Part shown: in pieces, positions 9,220 to 18,191 of the stretch
Layout of the letters: the number at the start of each line of letters is the position of its first letter
Position numbering within the stretch: position 1 is the first letter of the stretch
Assembly (NCBI GenBank): GCA_017962965.1
Contig: JAGCUI010000057.1
Coordinates: 451 to 64,450 of the forward strand
DNA length: 64,000 nt
Direction: 5' to 3'
Source of the DNA: Treponema sp.
GTDB lineage: Bacteria > Spirochaetota > Spirochaetia > Treponematales > Treponemataceae
Program-made: the position numbers and the translations under genes
The notes under the pieces: generated by a model
The model's input: only the letters and a program-made list of their open reading frames with translations
The model's database searches: none
Told to the model about the DNA's origin: nothing

Positions 9220-10875
9220 ATGGCTAAAACTATTAAAATTACTTACATGAGAGACGGAAAAGAAGTTACAACTGAAACTGAGAAAGGAACTGGGGTATTC
9301 AGCTTTATGCCCGCACCTTCTTTAAATGGAAGTCAACTTGTTGCGGCAAAAATCAATAATGAATTAAGCTCTCTTGATACTGAACTTGAATACGACTGCA
9401 AGGTAGAACCTGTTTACAATAATACACGCGAAGGAATGGCAGTTTACCGCCGCTCACTTTGTCTTTTACTTGCAGCCTGTGCACATAAAATAAATCCTAA
9501 AACAAGAATCCTTGTAGGAAACAGCATCTGCTACGGCTATTATTACACTTTTGACGGACCTGCAATCGACGCAGAAAAATTAAAAAAAGAAATGCAGAAT
9601 CTTGTGAATAAGGATATCAAAATCAAATCTGAATATGTTTCGTGGGAAAATGCAGTAAACCTTTTTGAAAAATTAAACCTTGTAGAAACAAGAAAGCAGC
9701 TTTTCCACACATGTAAATCACGCGTTCACATTAATACAATAGAAGATTTTTCGGACCTCTACTTTGGACCTTTAGTTCTTTCTACAGGTGCTTTGCGTGT
9801 TTTTGATTTGATTAAATATCAGGACGGATTACTTTTGCGCTTTCCAAAAACAAAGGCTCCTTCCCTTCTTCCAAAATTCAAGGATGAATCAAAGCTCTTC
9901 AGCATCTTTAAGCAGTACAAGGACTGGGGTAAAAAAGTAAACGTAACAACTGCCGCTTCTTTAAACGACATGATTGCTTCAAGAAAAATCAACGACTTTA
10001 TTGATATTGCAGAAACTCACCAGGAAAAATGTATTGCAGACATTGCTTCTCAGATTGTAAAAAGCAAGAAGGTTCGCGTTGTTTTAATTGCTGGTCCTTC
10101 TTCTTCGGGAAAAACAACCTCTGCAAAAAAACTTGGTCTTGAGCTCCAGGCAATGGGATATCAGCCAAAGGTAATCAGTCTGGACTGCTATTATGCCGGA
10201 AGAGATAAAACTCCTTTAGATGAAAACGGACAGCCAGACTTTGAATGTCTTGAAGCCTTGAACATCGATCTTTTGAACCAGAACCTTGTGGACCTCTTTG
10301 CCGGAAAAGAAGTAAATATTCCAAGCTACGACTTCCATACAGGAACAAGTTATTTTGACGAAAAAAATAAGATGACTTTAAAGGAAAATGAGATTTTAAT
10401 TATGGAAGGAATTCACGGCCTTAATCCAAAGCTCACTCCAAAAATTCCAAACGATTTGAAATTCAAGATTTATCTTTCGGCTCTCACTCAGCTCAACCTT
10501 GATGACCACAACAGAGTTTCTACAAGCGACAACCGTTTAATCCGCCGTATAGTTCGTGATAATAATTTCCGCGGAAAACCTGCAGAAGGAACAATCGAAA
10601 TGTGGCCTAGCGTTCAAAAGGGAGAAGAGCTTCATATCTTCCCGTTCCACGACAACGCAGATGCAATTTTGAATACAGCACTTGATTATGAGCTTTCTGT
10701 TTTGCGTGTATATGCAGCACCACTTTTGCGCCGTGTAATGCCTACAATGCCGCAGTATTCGGAAGCACAGAGACTTTTAAACTTCCTCGAAAACTTTGCA
10801 ACAATCGCACCTACAGCAGTACCTCCTCGTTCGATTATCCGCGAGTTCATTGGTGGAAGTGCATTTAAATATTAA
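9220..10875 (+). CDS. Nucleoside (uridine)/phosphoribulokinase-family kinase with N-terminal ThrRS-like (TGS/editing-like) region
   Basis: GGAGG at 9208-9212 supports ATG 9220; Walker A IAGPSSSGKTT, EGIHGLN, RLIRRIVRD, C-terminal REFIGGS. Confidence 0.85.
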   Translation: MAKTIKITYMRDGKEVTTETEKGTGVFSFMPAPSLNGSQLVAAKINNELSSLDTELEYDCKVEPVYNNTREGMAVYRRSLCLLLAACAHKINPKTRILVGNSICYGYYYTFDGPAIDAEKLKKEMQNLVNKDIKIKSEYVSWENAVNLFEKLNLVETRKQLFHTCKSRVHINTIEDFSDLYFGPLVLSTGALRVFDLIKYQDGLLLRFPKTKAPSLLPKFKDESKLFSIFKQYKDWGKKVNVTTAASLNDMIASRKINDFIDIAETHQEKCIADIASQIVKSKKVRVVLIAGPSSSGKTTSAKKLGLELQAMGYQPKVISLDCYYAGRDKTPLDENGQPDFECLEALNIDLLNQNLVDLFAGKEVNIPSYDFHTGTSYFDEKNKMTLKENEILIMEGIHGLNPKLTPKIPNDLKFKIYLSALTQLNLDDHNRVSTSDNRLIRRIVRDNNFRGKPAEGTIEMWPSVQKGEELHIFPFHDNADAILNTALDYELSVLRVYAAPLLRRVMPTMPQYSEAQRLLNFLENFATIAPTAVPPRSIIREFIGGSAFKY

Positions 10876-10885
10876 TTAAGATTTT

Positions 10886-11323
10886 TTAATTGAAGTTCTT
10901 TCTGTAGTAACCCTGAGAACCCACTTCATTTAAGAATTTATTTGATTCATGACGGGCAGCTGATTTCCATTCATTCAGCTGCTTTTCTTTTAACTTCTGC
11001 AGTGCAAGTGTTTTTTCCATGCATTCTGTAAGCACGGCTCTTTTTTCTTCGATTACCAGCTGGAGCTCTGCAAGCTGTTTTAATAAAACTTCCTTCTGAT
11101 AATCCAAAAGATTTGTATACTGACTGTGAGCCATCATCGCATCAAATTCAACATGACCTTTTATCTGTGAATTATTTGCAACCTTTTGTTCTGCTATTGT
11201 TTGTAAATCCTGATTGATTTGTGCTTCCTGGGCAAGCACCTTGGCAAGCTCAGTTTCTGCCTGTTTTTGTTCGAATTCTCTATACTCAAGTACCTTCTGT
11301 AATTCAAAAGAAAACTTTTTCAT
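10886..11323 (-). CDS. fliJ: Flagellar export protein FliJ
   Basis: MKKFSFELQKVLEYRE coiled coil, directly after fliI. Confidence 0.88.
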   Translation of the reverse strand: MKKFSFELQKVLEYREFEQKQAETELAKVLAQEAQINQDLQTIAEQKVANNSQIKGHVEFDAMMAHSQYTNLLDYQKEVLLKQLAELQLVIEEKRAVLTECMEKTLALQKLKEKQLNEWKSAARHESNKFLNEVGSQGYYRKNFN

Positions 11324-11334
11324 AAAAAACTCTT

Positions 11335-12780
11335 TTATAAGATTGATTCATTCAAATGAACCTGAGATTCTGAATCTTCGTCTTCCGGATTTTCATCAAT
11401 ATCAGCTTTTAAAAGACCAGCATTTTCTGCATATTCACTTTCCGGAATTTCTATGCCCGACAAAGCAGAAAGTTTTTTGAGTGTGTCTTCCATTTTACAA
11501 AGCTCTTCTTCTTCCTGCTCAAGGAATTCAAAAATTGGTTCATGCATCTGGATTGCTTCGTCTATCTGAGGAGAAGTTCCTTTCTGATAAATACCTGCTG
11601 TAATCATTGTTTCGTTATCTGCATAAACCGACATAAGTCTTCTGATTTTTGTAACGGCTTTTTTTGTTTCAGAGCCTATGAGTCTTTTTGATAGACGGCT
11701 GATAGACTGTAAAACATCAATTGCAGGATAGTGATTTGCATTTGCAAGCTTTCTATCCAAAACAATGTGACCGTCTAAGATACCGCGAACTGCATCGGCA
11801 ATAGGGTTATTTAAATCATCACCTTCTACTAAAACCGCATATAAAGCAGTAATTGAACCTTTGTCGTTTGTACCAGTGCGCTCTAAAAGCTTTGGAAGCA
11901 TGTTGAATACGCTTGGTGTAAAACCGCTTTCTGTTGGAGGTTCTCCGTTTGAAAGACCAATTTCTCTCTGTGCCAAAGAAAAGCGTGTAAGGTTATCGAA
12001 CATGAGCATTACATCTTTTCCCTGGTCGCGGAAGTATTCTGCAATGGCTGTACAAACATAGGCTGCTCTAACCCTACAGATTGCAGGCTGGTCACTTGTT
12101 GCAACAACCAGTACAGATCTCTTTAATCCTTCTTCCCCCAAATCGCGGTTAATAAAGTCTAATAACTCTCTTCCACGTTCTCCAATCAGGCCTATAACAT
12201 TTATATCTGCGTTTGTATTTCTTGCTACCATACTGAGCAAGGTTGATTTTCCAATACCAGTTCCTGCAAAAATACCAACACGCTGACCTTTACCAACAGT
12301 CAAAAGAGAATCAACTGCACGAATACCTGTCTGAATTCTTTTTGTAATTGGAAGACGAGTCATTGCGTTAGGAGCATTTGCTACTGCAGGATAATATGTG
12401 TCCGGAACAATTTCTCCAAGATCGTCGTAAGGATGGCCTGTTGCATCTAAAACACGGCCCAAAAGTGATTTTCCAACCGGTACTTTTAAAACTGAACCGG
12501 TGGCAATTACTTCACATCCTATTTCAATTCCCTTTGTATCACCAAAAGGAGAAAGCTTTACAATTTTACCGTTAAGACCTACAACTTCTGCAATCATGGA
12601 AGAACCGTCTCCCAGCTTGATTGTACAGATTTCGCCGATTACAGAGCGTGGTCCTTCACTTTCAATTTCGAGTCCTCTTACGCCAACAACCTGTCCGATA
12701 TAATGAATGGTTTCTGCGTCGCATACCTGTTCGAGATATTTGGAAAAATTAAAATCGCCTGTATAAGAAGATCTCATCAA
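11335..12780 (-). CDS. fliI: Flagellar export ATPase FliI
   Basis: GQRVGIFAGTGIGKS, LIGERGRE, GILDGHIVL, HYPAIDVLQSISR. Confidence 0.96.
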   Translation of the reverse strand: MMRSSYTGDFNFSKYLEQVCDAETIHYIGQVVGVRGLEIESEGPRSVIGEICTIKLGDGSSMIAEVVGLNGKIVKLSPFGDTKGIEIGCEVIATGSVLKVPVGKSLLGRVLDATGHPYDDLGEIVPDTYYPAVANAPNAMTRLPITKRIQTGIRAVDSLLTVGKGQRVGIFAGTGIGKSTLLSMVARNTNADINVIGLIGERGRELLDFINRDLGEEGLKRSVLVVATSDQPAICRVRAAYVCTAIAEYFRDQGKDVMLMFDNLTRFSLAQREIGLSNGEPPTESGFTPSVFNMLPKLLERTGTNDKGSITALYAVLVEGDDLNNPIADAVRGILDGHIVLDRKLANANHYPAIDVLQSISRLSKRLIGSETKKAVTKIRRLMSVYADNETMITAGIYQKGTSPQIDEAIQMHEPIFEFLEQEEEELCKMEDTLKKLSALSGIEIPESEYAENAGLLKADIDENPEDEDSESQVHLNESIL

Positions 12781-12795
12781 AACCTCTTAATTTGC

Positions 12796-13728
12796 TTACT
12801 CGGAAGCAGCAAGGGAATCGGAACGTTTGATATTTTTAACAGGAGAAACTTCGAGAATCTTATTTTCAAGTTCCTGGAGCTGGCTTGAAATGCGGGCGTC
12901 GATTGCACCAAAGTCTGTTTCAACAATACAGCCGCCTTTTTCTACAGAAGAATCTTCGAGTACTGTAATACCCTTTACATTTTCTACGTGCTTGATAAAT
13001 TCCGAAACATTTTCTGTAGTGAGTTTTACGTCTTCAAGATTTACACGGAGTGTAACATTACCACGGGTTTTAACCTTTTTGAGCGCTGCAAGTGTATTTG
13101 CCATAACAACATTCTTCTGGTTTTCCGAAAGGATCTTGATTACTTTTCTTGCCATAAGGATAACAAGCTCAACAATCTGGCTTTCTGTGTCGGAAAGGAT
13201 TTCTTCACGGCGGAGCATAACAGCTTCGAGCATTTTGTGCATACGTTCAATAAGACGTTCTACTTCTCCAACCCCCTTTGCATATCCTTCTTCGTGGCCC
13301 TGGTCAAAACCTTCTTTATGGGCATCGCGTTCAAGTCTGTCTCTTTCTGCCTGAGCATTTGCAATAATCTGTGCTGCTTCTGCCTTGGCATTTTCTATAA
13401 TCTGATTTGCTTCTGCTTCTGCATCTGTCTTAATTATCTGTGCCTGATCTGTCTGTCTTTTTACTTCGGCAAAGGCTGCTTCTTCTGCTTTTTTAACAAT
13501 ATCATCTGCACTAGCCTGTGCCTGTGTAATCATCTGCTGTTTTTCAGATTCCCACTGAGTTTTAAAATTTTCTGCCTCACGACGCAAATCGTCTGCTGTA
13601 GGACCTTTATACTCTTCTACAACTTCTTCGACTTCCTGCTCCTGAGGAATAAATTCATGAACTAAGGGAAGTAAAACTGTTCCTTCTTTTACAGTAGCTT
13701 CACCTGGTCTGAAAACTGATTTTGCCAT
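12796..13728 (-). CDS. fliH: Flagellar assembly protein FliH
   Basis: GxxxG repeats, GGCIVETDFGAIDA; lies between fliG and fliI. Confidence 0.94.
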   Translation of the reverse strand: MAKSVFRPGEATVKEGTVLLPLVHEFIPQEQEVEEVVEEYKGPTADDLRREAENFKTQWESEKQQMITQAQASADDIVKKAEEAAFAEVKRQTDQAQIIKTDAEAEANQIIENAKAEAAQIIANAQAERDRLERDAHKEGFDQGHEEGYAKGVGEVERLIERMHKMLEAVMLRREEILSDTESQIVELVILMARKVIKILSENQKNVVMANTLAALKKVKTRGNVTLRVNLEDVKLTTENVSEFIKHVENVKGITVLEDSSVEKGGCIVETDFGAIDARISSQLQELENKILEVSPVKNIKRSDSLAASE

Positions 13729-13772
13729 AGACTTCTATAACTCCTAAATCACGCACATAAAACCTTTATACA

Positions 13773-14891
13773 TCAGGTTACCAATTCATCTTCGCCAGAG
13801 CGGGCAATAACGATATCACCACTGTCTTCAAGACGACGGATAATAGATACAATCTTCTGCTGTGCTTCTTCTACATCCTTCAAGCGGACAGGTCCCATAA
13901 ATTCCATATCCTCTTTAAGCATAGATGCGGCACGTTTAGACATATTTCCAAAGATTTTATCCTGTACTTCAGTATCGACAGATTTAAGCGCTTTTGCCAA
14001 TTCCTGCTGGTCGACATCGCGAAGTACTTTCTGGATAGCACGGTTGTCGAGCATAACGATATCTTCGAATACGAACATTCGCTTTTTGATCTCTTCTGCC
14101 AGATCCGGATCGTCTTCTTCCAAAGATTCGATGATTGACTTTTCTGAAGAACGGTCTACAAGGTTCAAGATTTCTACGATTGCTTCAACACCACCGGCAG
14201 CAGTATAGTCTTCGCTGGAAAGGGTTGAAAGCTTCTTTTCCAATACGCGTTCTACTTCACGCAATACATCTGGTGATGTACGGTCCATTGTTGCAAGACG
14301 TTTTGAAACTTCGGCCTGCATGTCTTCCGGTAAGTTCTGAAGAATAACAGCAGCTTTTCCCGGTTCAAGATAAGCAAGAATCAAGGCAATTGTCTGCGGA
14401 TATTCCTGCTGAATAAAGTTCAAAAGATGTGCCGGGTCTGTACGGCGGATAAAGTCGAACGGACGAACCTGAAGCGAGCTTGTAAGACGGTTGATAATAT
14501 CGATGGCCTTCTGGCTTCCTAAAGATTTTTCGAGAAGTTCGCGGGCATAGTCGATACCACCGGTTGTAATAAAGTTCTGGGCATTCATGAGCTCCTGGAA
14601 CTCTTCAAGTACGGCGTCCTTAAATTCAGGATTAACCTTTTCCTGACGTGCAATTTCAAATGTTAATGTTTCTACTTCATCTTCCCTTAAATGCTTCATG
14701 ATTTCTGCAGAAACATCAGGGCCAAGAGAAATAAGGAAGATGGCGGCCTTCTGGCGACCGGTTAAACTCTTGTAATCTTTTCCGCTCTTTTTAGAAGAAC
14801 TGGAACCAGCTGGCTTTAACTGGCCTGGTTTTGGAACTGGTTTAGGATTAGATGAAGCTTTGCCGGCTTCTGTGGTTGTTTCATCTGCCAT
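13773..14891 (-). CDS. fliG: Flagellar motor switch protein FliG
   Basis: QKAAIFLISLG, GGIDYA, EYPQTIALIL, MFVFEDI, GPVRLKDVEEAQ. Confidence 0.97.
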   Translation of the reverse strand: MADETTTEAGKASSNPKPVPKPGQLKPAGSSSSKKSGKDYKSLTGRQKAAIFLISLGPDVSAEIMKHLREDEVETLTFEIARQEKVNPEFKDAVLEEFQELMNAQNFITTGGIDYARELLEKSLGSQKAIDIINRLTSSLQVRPFDFIRRTDPAHLLNFIQQEYPQTIALILAYLEPGKAAVILQNLPEDMQAEVSKRLATMDRTSPDVLREVERVLEKKLSTLSSEDYTAAGGVEAIVEILNLVDRSSEKSIIESLEEDDPDLAEEIKKRMFVFEDIVMLDNRAIQKVLRDVDQQELAKALKSVDTEVQDKIFGNMSKRAASMLKEDMEFMGPVRLKDVEEAQQKIVSIIRRLEDSGDIVIARSGEDELVT

Positions 14892-14895
14892 TTAA

Positions 14896-16602
14896 TTATT
14901 CCTCCATCAACCAAGTACGTATGAGCATAGCAACATCTTCCGGATGTTCTTTTGCCATAGTAATAGCATTTTCCTGAAGTTCCATACGTCGTGTCTCTTC
15001 GACAGACATTGTAACTTCCATTCCATCTTCTTTTGCATCCCAAAGTGCTCTTTCGCGGGCTGCCTGCTGTTCTGCAAGAAGACGGGCTTCTCTTTCACGT
15101 CTACGACGTTCAATTTCTTTACTGATAATTCTAAACAGAATAAAGCCAACAAGTACAACAACTACTGCAATAAGAATCAAAACGATTGTCTTTGTTCTGT
15201 TCTGTTTAGCAAAATATTCAAGGTCTTCGTCTCTAAACTGCTGTGCACGGTCAAAGGCTTCGTTTGTAACCCAAACTCTGTCTCCTCTGTCTTCGCTGTA
15301 ACCAATTGCACCCTTAATCTGATCTTCGGCATTTTTAATCTGTGCAGGAGTAAGAGGTGTATATTCACGGATTCTAAAGCCTTCGTCGTCGAGCATGTAA
15401 GTCTTTTTCTCTGGATCTACCTTTAACTTCCATGTACCGTCGATGTTTACAGAAACTGTTACACGGTCGATTTTTGGAGAAGCAATCTGAGAAGTCTGTG
15501 TTGTGTTGATTACGTTGTTCTGTGTAACACCAGTCTGAACAGAATGTCCTACAACGTTACTCAAATCCGAGTACTGAGGTGTATTCTGTCCTGCAGTTCC
15601 CGGAGGGCCCTGTGGCGACCATCCCTGTGCTGTATATTCATTTGTAACTGTCTGCTGGCTATAAGGAAGATAGTCTCTTTTTTCTGAGTCATCATAAGGG
15701 GTATCTTTATTATCCGGTGTGATGATGATTGGAGAGTATTCTGTAGAATCAATCTTTTTGTTTGACATATCCATGTCTACAGAAACAAAGATGTCGCGGC
15801 ATCTGTCCGAACCGTATGTTCTTGTAAGCCCCTGGAGTACTTTTGCACGGATTTCGTTTTCGCGCTTTACAATCAACTTCTGCTGCTTTGCAACAATATC
15901 AACTGCTTCGCTTGCTTCCATTCCGGCAAAGTCGTTTTTCTGAATACCGTCTGTATCTGTAATAATAAGGTTTTCGTCTTTAAGTCCGTCTACACAGGCA
16001 ATAATTGCATTGTGAATACCACGGATACGTTTTGTATTTGTAAGTAAGTCGCTGTTTCCCTTTACACCAATGATTACCGAACATTTTACCGGAGTCTGGT
16101 CTTCCTGGAAAAGCTTATCTGGAGGTAATTCGATGGAAACGTTTGCAAACTGAACATCTGAATAAGATTCAATGAACTTTCTTAATTCTTCCTGCTTTTT
16201 AACCTGAAGCTTTACGTTCTGATCTGCATCTGTAGTAGACCATGAGCGGTCAAAGTAATCTGCCCAGATATCTACGTTTGAAGGAATAAGACCTTCGTCG
16301 TTGAGGATAGCGGTTAAACGTGTTTTAGTACGTTTATCTGCAACATAGATATATCCTTCGGATTCTTCTACATCAACATTTTCCTGATTAATTCTGTCAA
16401 GGATTTTTGCGAGATTTGTTTCGTTTGTTACCGGCGACGGAAAGAGTCTGACCATACTTGGTTTTGAAGACACCTTTGCTGTTGCAACAATAACAACAAT
16501 TACAACAATGATAATGCCAAATAATATGACTTTTTGGATCGGCTTCCACTTAGACCACATTTCCTTAGCCTTAGCGGTTACCTTTTTAAGCCATTCGTTC
16601 AT
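14896..16602 (-). CDS. fliF: Flagellar M-ring protein FliF
   Basis: Two TM segments flanking a large periplasmic region; C-terminal PEDVAMLIRTWL. Confidence 0.95.
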   Translation of the reverse strand: MNEWLKKVTAKAKEMWSKWKPIQKVILFGIIIVVIVVIVATAKVSSKPSMVRLFPSPVTNETNLAKILDRINQENVDVEESEGYIYVADKRTKTRLTAILNDEGLIPSNVDIWADYFDRSWSTTDADQNVKLQVKKQEELRKFIESYSDVQFANVSIELPPDKLFQEDQTPVKCSVIIGVKGNSDLLTNTKRIRGIHNAIIACVDGLKDENLIITDTDGIQKNDFAGMEASEAVDIVAKQQKLIVKRENEIRAKVLQGLTRTYGSDRCRDIFVSVDMDMSNKKIDSTEYSPIIITPDNKDTPYDDSEKRDYLPYSQQTVTNEYTAQGWSPQGPPGTAGQNTPQYSDLSNVVGHSVQTGVTQNNVINTTQTSQIASPKIDRVTVSVNIDGTWKLKVDPEKKTYMLDDEGFRIREYTPLTPAQIKNAEDQIKGAIGYSEDRGDRVWVTNEAFDRAQQFRDEDLEYFAKQNRTKTIVLILIAVVVVLVGFILFRIISKEIERRRREREARLLAEQQAARERALWDAKEDGMEVTMSVEETRRMELQENAITMAKEHPEDVAMLIRTWLMEE

Positions 16603-16654
16603 CAGTTCCCCTCCCTTGAACGAATTTGTGGAATAGTTTCCCTAAATTTATATT

Positions 16655-16683
16655 ATTATAACATAACCGGTAAATTTTGGCAA
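16655..16683 (-). promoter_or_regulatory. Putative internal sigma70 promoter for fliF
   Basis: TTGCCA-N17-TATAAT with extended TG (TGTTATAAT). Confidence 0.65.
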
Positions 16684-16727
16684 TAAAATATATTAAGCAG
16701 AGAATTTTAATGTATTTTTAAGAAAAA

Positions 16728-17129
16728 CTAGCGTGTAGTTGTAATTTCGTTCCAGCCGGAAAGCAAACGGTCGATTACATTCTGTGCAAGGTTAAGACTC
16801 ATTCTGGCTTTTGCCATTGCAGTTGTAACCTGAGCAACATTGATGTCATCAGGATCTGTAATAACCTTTTGTGTAAGGTCGCTTACTTCGAGCTGCTGTG
16901 CATTTACAGACTTCATTGCTTCCAAAAGATAATCCTGGAAAGAAGCCTTAGACTCAACCTTTTCTGAATGAATTGGAGGAAGGTCCGGTTTGATTGCAGA
17001 ATAACCCTGTACAGGTCCTGTTCCAAAATGACCTTCTGCCTTACGTGATATTTTTAATGAACCAAAACCTGTTCCTGGTGCCGGATCAAGCTTTAATGTT
17101 CCAAATGTTCCAAAATCTGGTACTTTCAT
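16728..17129 (-). CDS. fliE: Flagellar hook-basal body protein FliE
   Basis: SFQDYL...VNAQQ...AMAKARMSL...WNEITTTR. ATG 17129 preferred; GTG 17144 is an alternative. Confidence 0.9.
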   Translation of the reverse strand: MKVPDFGTFGTLKLDPAPGTGFGSLKISRKAEGHFGTGPVQGYSAIKPDLPPIHSEKVESKASFQDYLLEAMKSVNAQQLEVSDLTQKVITDPDDINVAQVTTAMAKARMSLNLAQNVIDRLLSGWNEITTTR

Positions 17130-17182
17130 ATTTTTATTCCCCACCCGTTTTTGTATCTAAATTAAAACCAAAAACTATCTAA

Positions 17183-17210
17183 ATATTAACATTATTTTAT
17201 GAACTGTCAA
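17183..17210 (-). promoter_or_regulatory. Putative internal sigma70 promoter for fliE
   Basis: TTGACA-N16-TAATAT with extended TG. Confidence 0.55.
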
Positions 17211-17218
17211 TATTTAAC

Positions 17219-17677
17219 TTACTTTCCTATGTTGAGCGCGTAATTAAACATATCCTTTGCGCCTTCAATTACTGTTGCATTTGCTTCGTAAGCACGGCTT
17301 GCCGAAATAAGGTTTACCATTTCATCAACAATATTTACGTTTGGATATTCAACATAACCCTGGTTTGGACCACTCTGAATTGCATCAGGATGGGTTGGAT
17401 CATAAACCAATCTTCCCTGTGTTGTATCTTTTACAATTTCCAAAACCTTTACACCCTGGCCCGGACCATTATCAAGATGTTTTGGTGCAAAAGGAAAGTT
17501 CCACTGAGGATTATCATCAGCTACTGCTCCAAAAATTACATTTGATTTTTTAAAAGGTCCGCCGTCCTGTGTACGAGTTGTAGAAGCGTTGGCGATATTG
17601 TTTGAAATTACATCTGTTCTAAGACGTTCTGCGCTTAATCCTGTTGTTGCTATATTAATACTGTTAAAAAGTCCCAT
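17219..17677 (-). CDS. flgC: Flagellar basal-body rod protein FlgC
   Basis: ISNNIANA, YDPTHPDA, YPNVNIVDEMVNLISASRAYEAN. Confidence 0.97.
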   Translation of the reverse strand: MGLFNSINIATTGLSAERLRTDVISNNIANASTTRTQDGGPFKKSNVIFGAVADDNPQWNFPFAPKHLDNGPGQGVKVLEIVKDTTQGRLVYDPTHPDAIQSGPNQGYVEYPNVNIVDEMVNLISASRAYEANATVIEGAKDMFNYALNIGK

Positions 17678-17696
17678 AATTTACCTCACTTACCTG

Positions 17697-18113
17697 TTAT
17701 TTTCTCATTGCTGTGTTTACCTGATCAAACTCAAAGCTTGTCAAAAGTGTGAGAAGACGATACTGCATCTGAATCTGAAGGATTTCGTGTGCTTCAACTT
17801 CAACATCAACGTTGTTTCCGTTGGCATTTTCTGTACTTGCGTAATCTGTTACTCTGCGAGGTTCAACTTTTGTGTAGTCATAAGGTACATTAATCTGAAA
17901 GTGACGGTCGTCTTTTGTAGCAAGGTGGAATGAATTTTTAGCGATTTCTTCGGAATCCAAAGCTCGTTTTAATTCATTTTCAAAATTTACATACTGGCGT
18001 TTATAACCCGGCACTTCGCTCATGGCAAGGTTATTTGCAGAAACCTGATGCCTTAAGGTAAGAACATCCATTTCCCGCTGCAGTAAATCTACAGACCTGG
18101 TAAAAGAATTCAT
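17697..18113 (-). CDS. flgB: Flagellar basal-body rod protein FlgB
   Basis: RHQVSANNLA..VPGYK, NGNNVDVEVE. Confidence 0.94.
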   Translation of the reverse strand: MNSFTRSVDLLQREMDVLTLRHQVSANNLAMSEVPGYKRQYVNFENELKRALDSEEIAKNSFHLATKDDRHFQINVPYDYTKVEPRRVTDYASTENANGNNVDVEVEAHEILQIQMQYRLLTLLTSFEFDQVNTAMRK

Positions 18114-18154
18114 TTTCCTAATCCTCCAAAAAATAAAAGTTTACATCTACTTTC

Positions 18155-18182
18155 ATCTTCGGAGTTTTAAAAATAAAGATTA
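18155..18182 (-). promoter_or_regulatory. Possible sigma28-like promoter upstream of flgB
   Basis: CTAAT-N16-CCGAAGAT, an imperfect match to TAAA-N16-CCGATAT. Confidence 0.35.
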
Positions 18183-18191
18183 GGAATTTTT

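Noticed and set aside
12827-13665. Long antisense ORFs (also 6733-7296, 14944-15426, 19234-19620 and other short track ORFs)
   Set aside because: They are shadow frames of well-supported genes with biased codon use and carry no RBS or motifs.
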